Shown here piece after piece: positions 45,471-46,853 of a stretch of 46,853 nt of DNA. The stretch lies in the NCBI GenBank assembly GCA_002269645.1, contig NIVC01004409.1, positions 1 through 46,853 of the forward strand, written 5' to 3'. Numbering within the stretch: position 1 is the first letter of the stretch; each line of letters opens with the position of its first letter. Both the position numbers and the translations under genes were made by a program. Source of the DNA: Macrostomum lignano. Taxonomy: Eukaryota. The notes under the pieces are model-generated. The model worked only from the letters and a program-made list of their open reading frames with translations, was not told the DNA's origin and made no database searches.

Positions 45471-46853
45471 TCTGGCGGCTGACACAGAAGGGAGGCACAG
45501 ATGTCCGCCATCCAGCAAGCCCCAGAAACCGACCAGCAACAGCACCAGAAGGCCGCGCCACGGCAGAATGTTGTGTCGATGTGTGACCTGAGCTGCCGCA
45601 GCATGGTGTGAGTCAATCCGATTTTCTGTCTCGCATGGTCGACAGTCGGGCCAGTCCTCCCAGCCAGCTTGTAGAGCCACGACACCGCCTGCAGGTAGGC
45701 GGAGAAGCTGGCGAATGCAGCCAGTTGCTTGAGGTGTAGGTGGGAGACGTAGAGTGACATCGCCGTCTGTCGGCCTCTAGAGGGTGCACGCTGATCTCGC
45801 TGCAGAAGATCCCAACAGCTGGGATCTGAGGGCTCGTCTCGTATTCGGTGCCAGAGCTTAGTTGAGCAGCTGAGAGTAGTTGAGATTGACAGGAAGCAGC
45901 AGACAGGGCGTGCGATGCTATAACAGATGGGTCAATACGAGCTATAGACAGTGCCATAGTAACGAAATAAAATGTTAATTAGTTTATGCTAAATGGCTCA
46001 GGCGAGAAGCTGGTCACTAAAATTTGAAACAGGCCAGCTGGGACATGAACCATCGACGTGAATGCGGTGCTTCAGTGCGAGTAAAATAGCTGTGGCACAT
46101 CAGCTCTCGAACCATCGGGGCTTGGCATAGCCCTTGCGCAGCATCCCAGCAACAGACGAGTTGTTGGTGCAAAAACGACGTGGCATTTAGCTAGGTGCTC
46201 CTTGAAAAGTATAATAAAAAGCATAGTCATCAAACACTCCAGGTATATTAGTGTAGGCTGATGTAGTCCGTGCAAAGCACCATAAAAGTCAACCAACCAG
46301 TTGACATGCATCCAGTCGGTCTTGGTTCCGTCAGAAATGACAGCGGCGCCACCTGTTAGGCAAGCGTCGCAACCACCAGCCGGTTCGCGAAGGCCGGCCG
46401 CAGTCAATGCGTCCAGTTCATCGCTGATCGCCAGCAATGCAGCTGCTCACCAAGTTGACCTTCGATGCGCATCTTGTGGTGAGGCGAGTCCAGGCTGTGG
46501 TCCGGTTGATGAGGCCCTGAAGTAACGATCTACCAGTGCGCGCGACCTGGCAGATACGCTGCGAGGTCTTTTCCTGCGGGAGAGTCAGACGGCCTGCAGC
46601 CGTATTGATGTGGATGCCGAGAAAGACCATGGACTTGCTGGGTGGATATAGCTTCTCCCAGTTGATGGAAAAAAAATCAGGCGGCGTAGCAGACTCATAA
46701 GAGTGCGATAAGCTTCCTGGCAGGCTTCCAGCGTGCTTCGCGGCAACGGCAAAGTCATCGAGGTAGTTGCAGATGACGTGGTGCCCGTCGCCGAACCATC
46801 GTACGCTTTACGACTTCCTACAACCGGTTGACGATGTTGACGCTAGCAGCAAA
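45471..46853 (-). mobile_element. Degenerate DIRS/Ngaro-type tyrosine-recombinase retrotransposon (RT end, RNase H, YR N-terminus), runs off the window end
   Basis: RT VICNYLDDF (~46760-46790) and VFLGIHIN; RNase H CDACLTGGAAV...IYLECL; recombinase SLYVSHL...SAYLQAVSWLYKLAG...RQKIGLTHTMLRQLR...LVGFWGLL. Many frameshifts. Confidence 0.82.

Overview
Eukaryotic (metazoan) genomic window with GC-rich exons and introns packed with unrelated minisatellites. The style suggests a flatworm such as Macrostomum, but that is inference only. Spliced genes reconstructed by hand from splice sites and phase: (1) a 5'-partial GABA-B-like class C GPCR (+, 11 exons, 1621-10995) whose long intron hosts (2) an antisense 3-exon, 148-aa four-TM claudin/PMP22-like gene (-, 2800-5200); (3) an AF4/FMR2 (AFF/lilliputian) family gene (-, 13512-18790, first exon possibly missing); (4) alpha-SNAP (+, 30482-32013), with an orphan frameshifted copy of its last exon upstream; (5) a protein with a C-terminal UBZ4-type zinc finger (+, ~33413-34648); (6) a classical calpain (-, 36130-39623); (7) a small signal-peptide gene of unresolved structure (+, from 41299). 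Mobile elements: two copies of an 8-bp-TSD MITE, a full-length dead mariner, a Penelope GIY-YIG fragment with inverted pseudo-LTRs and a hammerhead ribozyme motif, a second GIY-YIG remnant, two tRNA-derived SINEs, a degenerate RTE LINE and a DIRS/Ngaro-type element. The most unusual observation is that the MITE carries a ~64-bp 28S rRNA-like fragment spanning the R2/I-PpoI target site, with the mismatches concentrated at the cleavage position. No CRISPR array, tRNA gene or intact rRNA gene is present. Most long ORFs in the supplied track are artefacts of tandem repeats.
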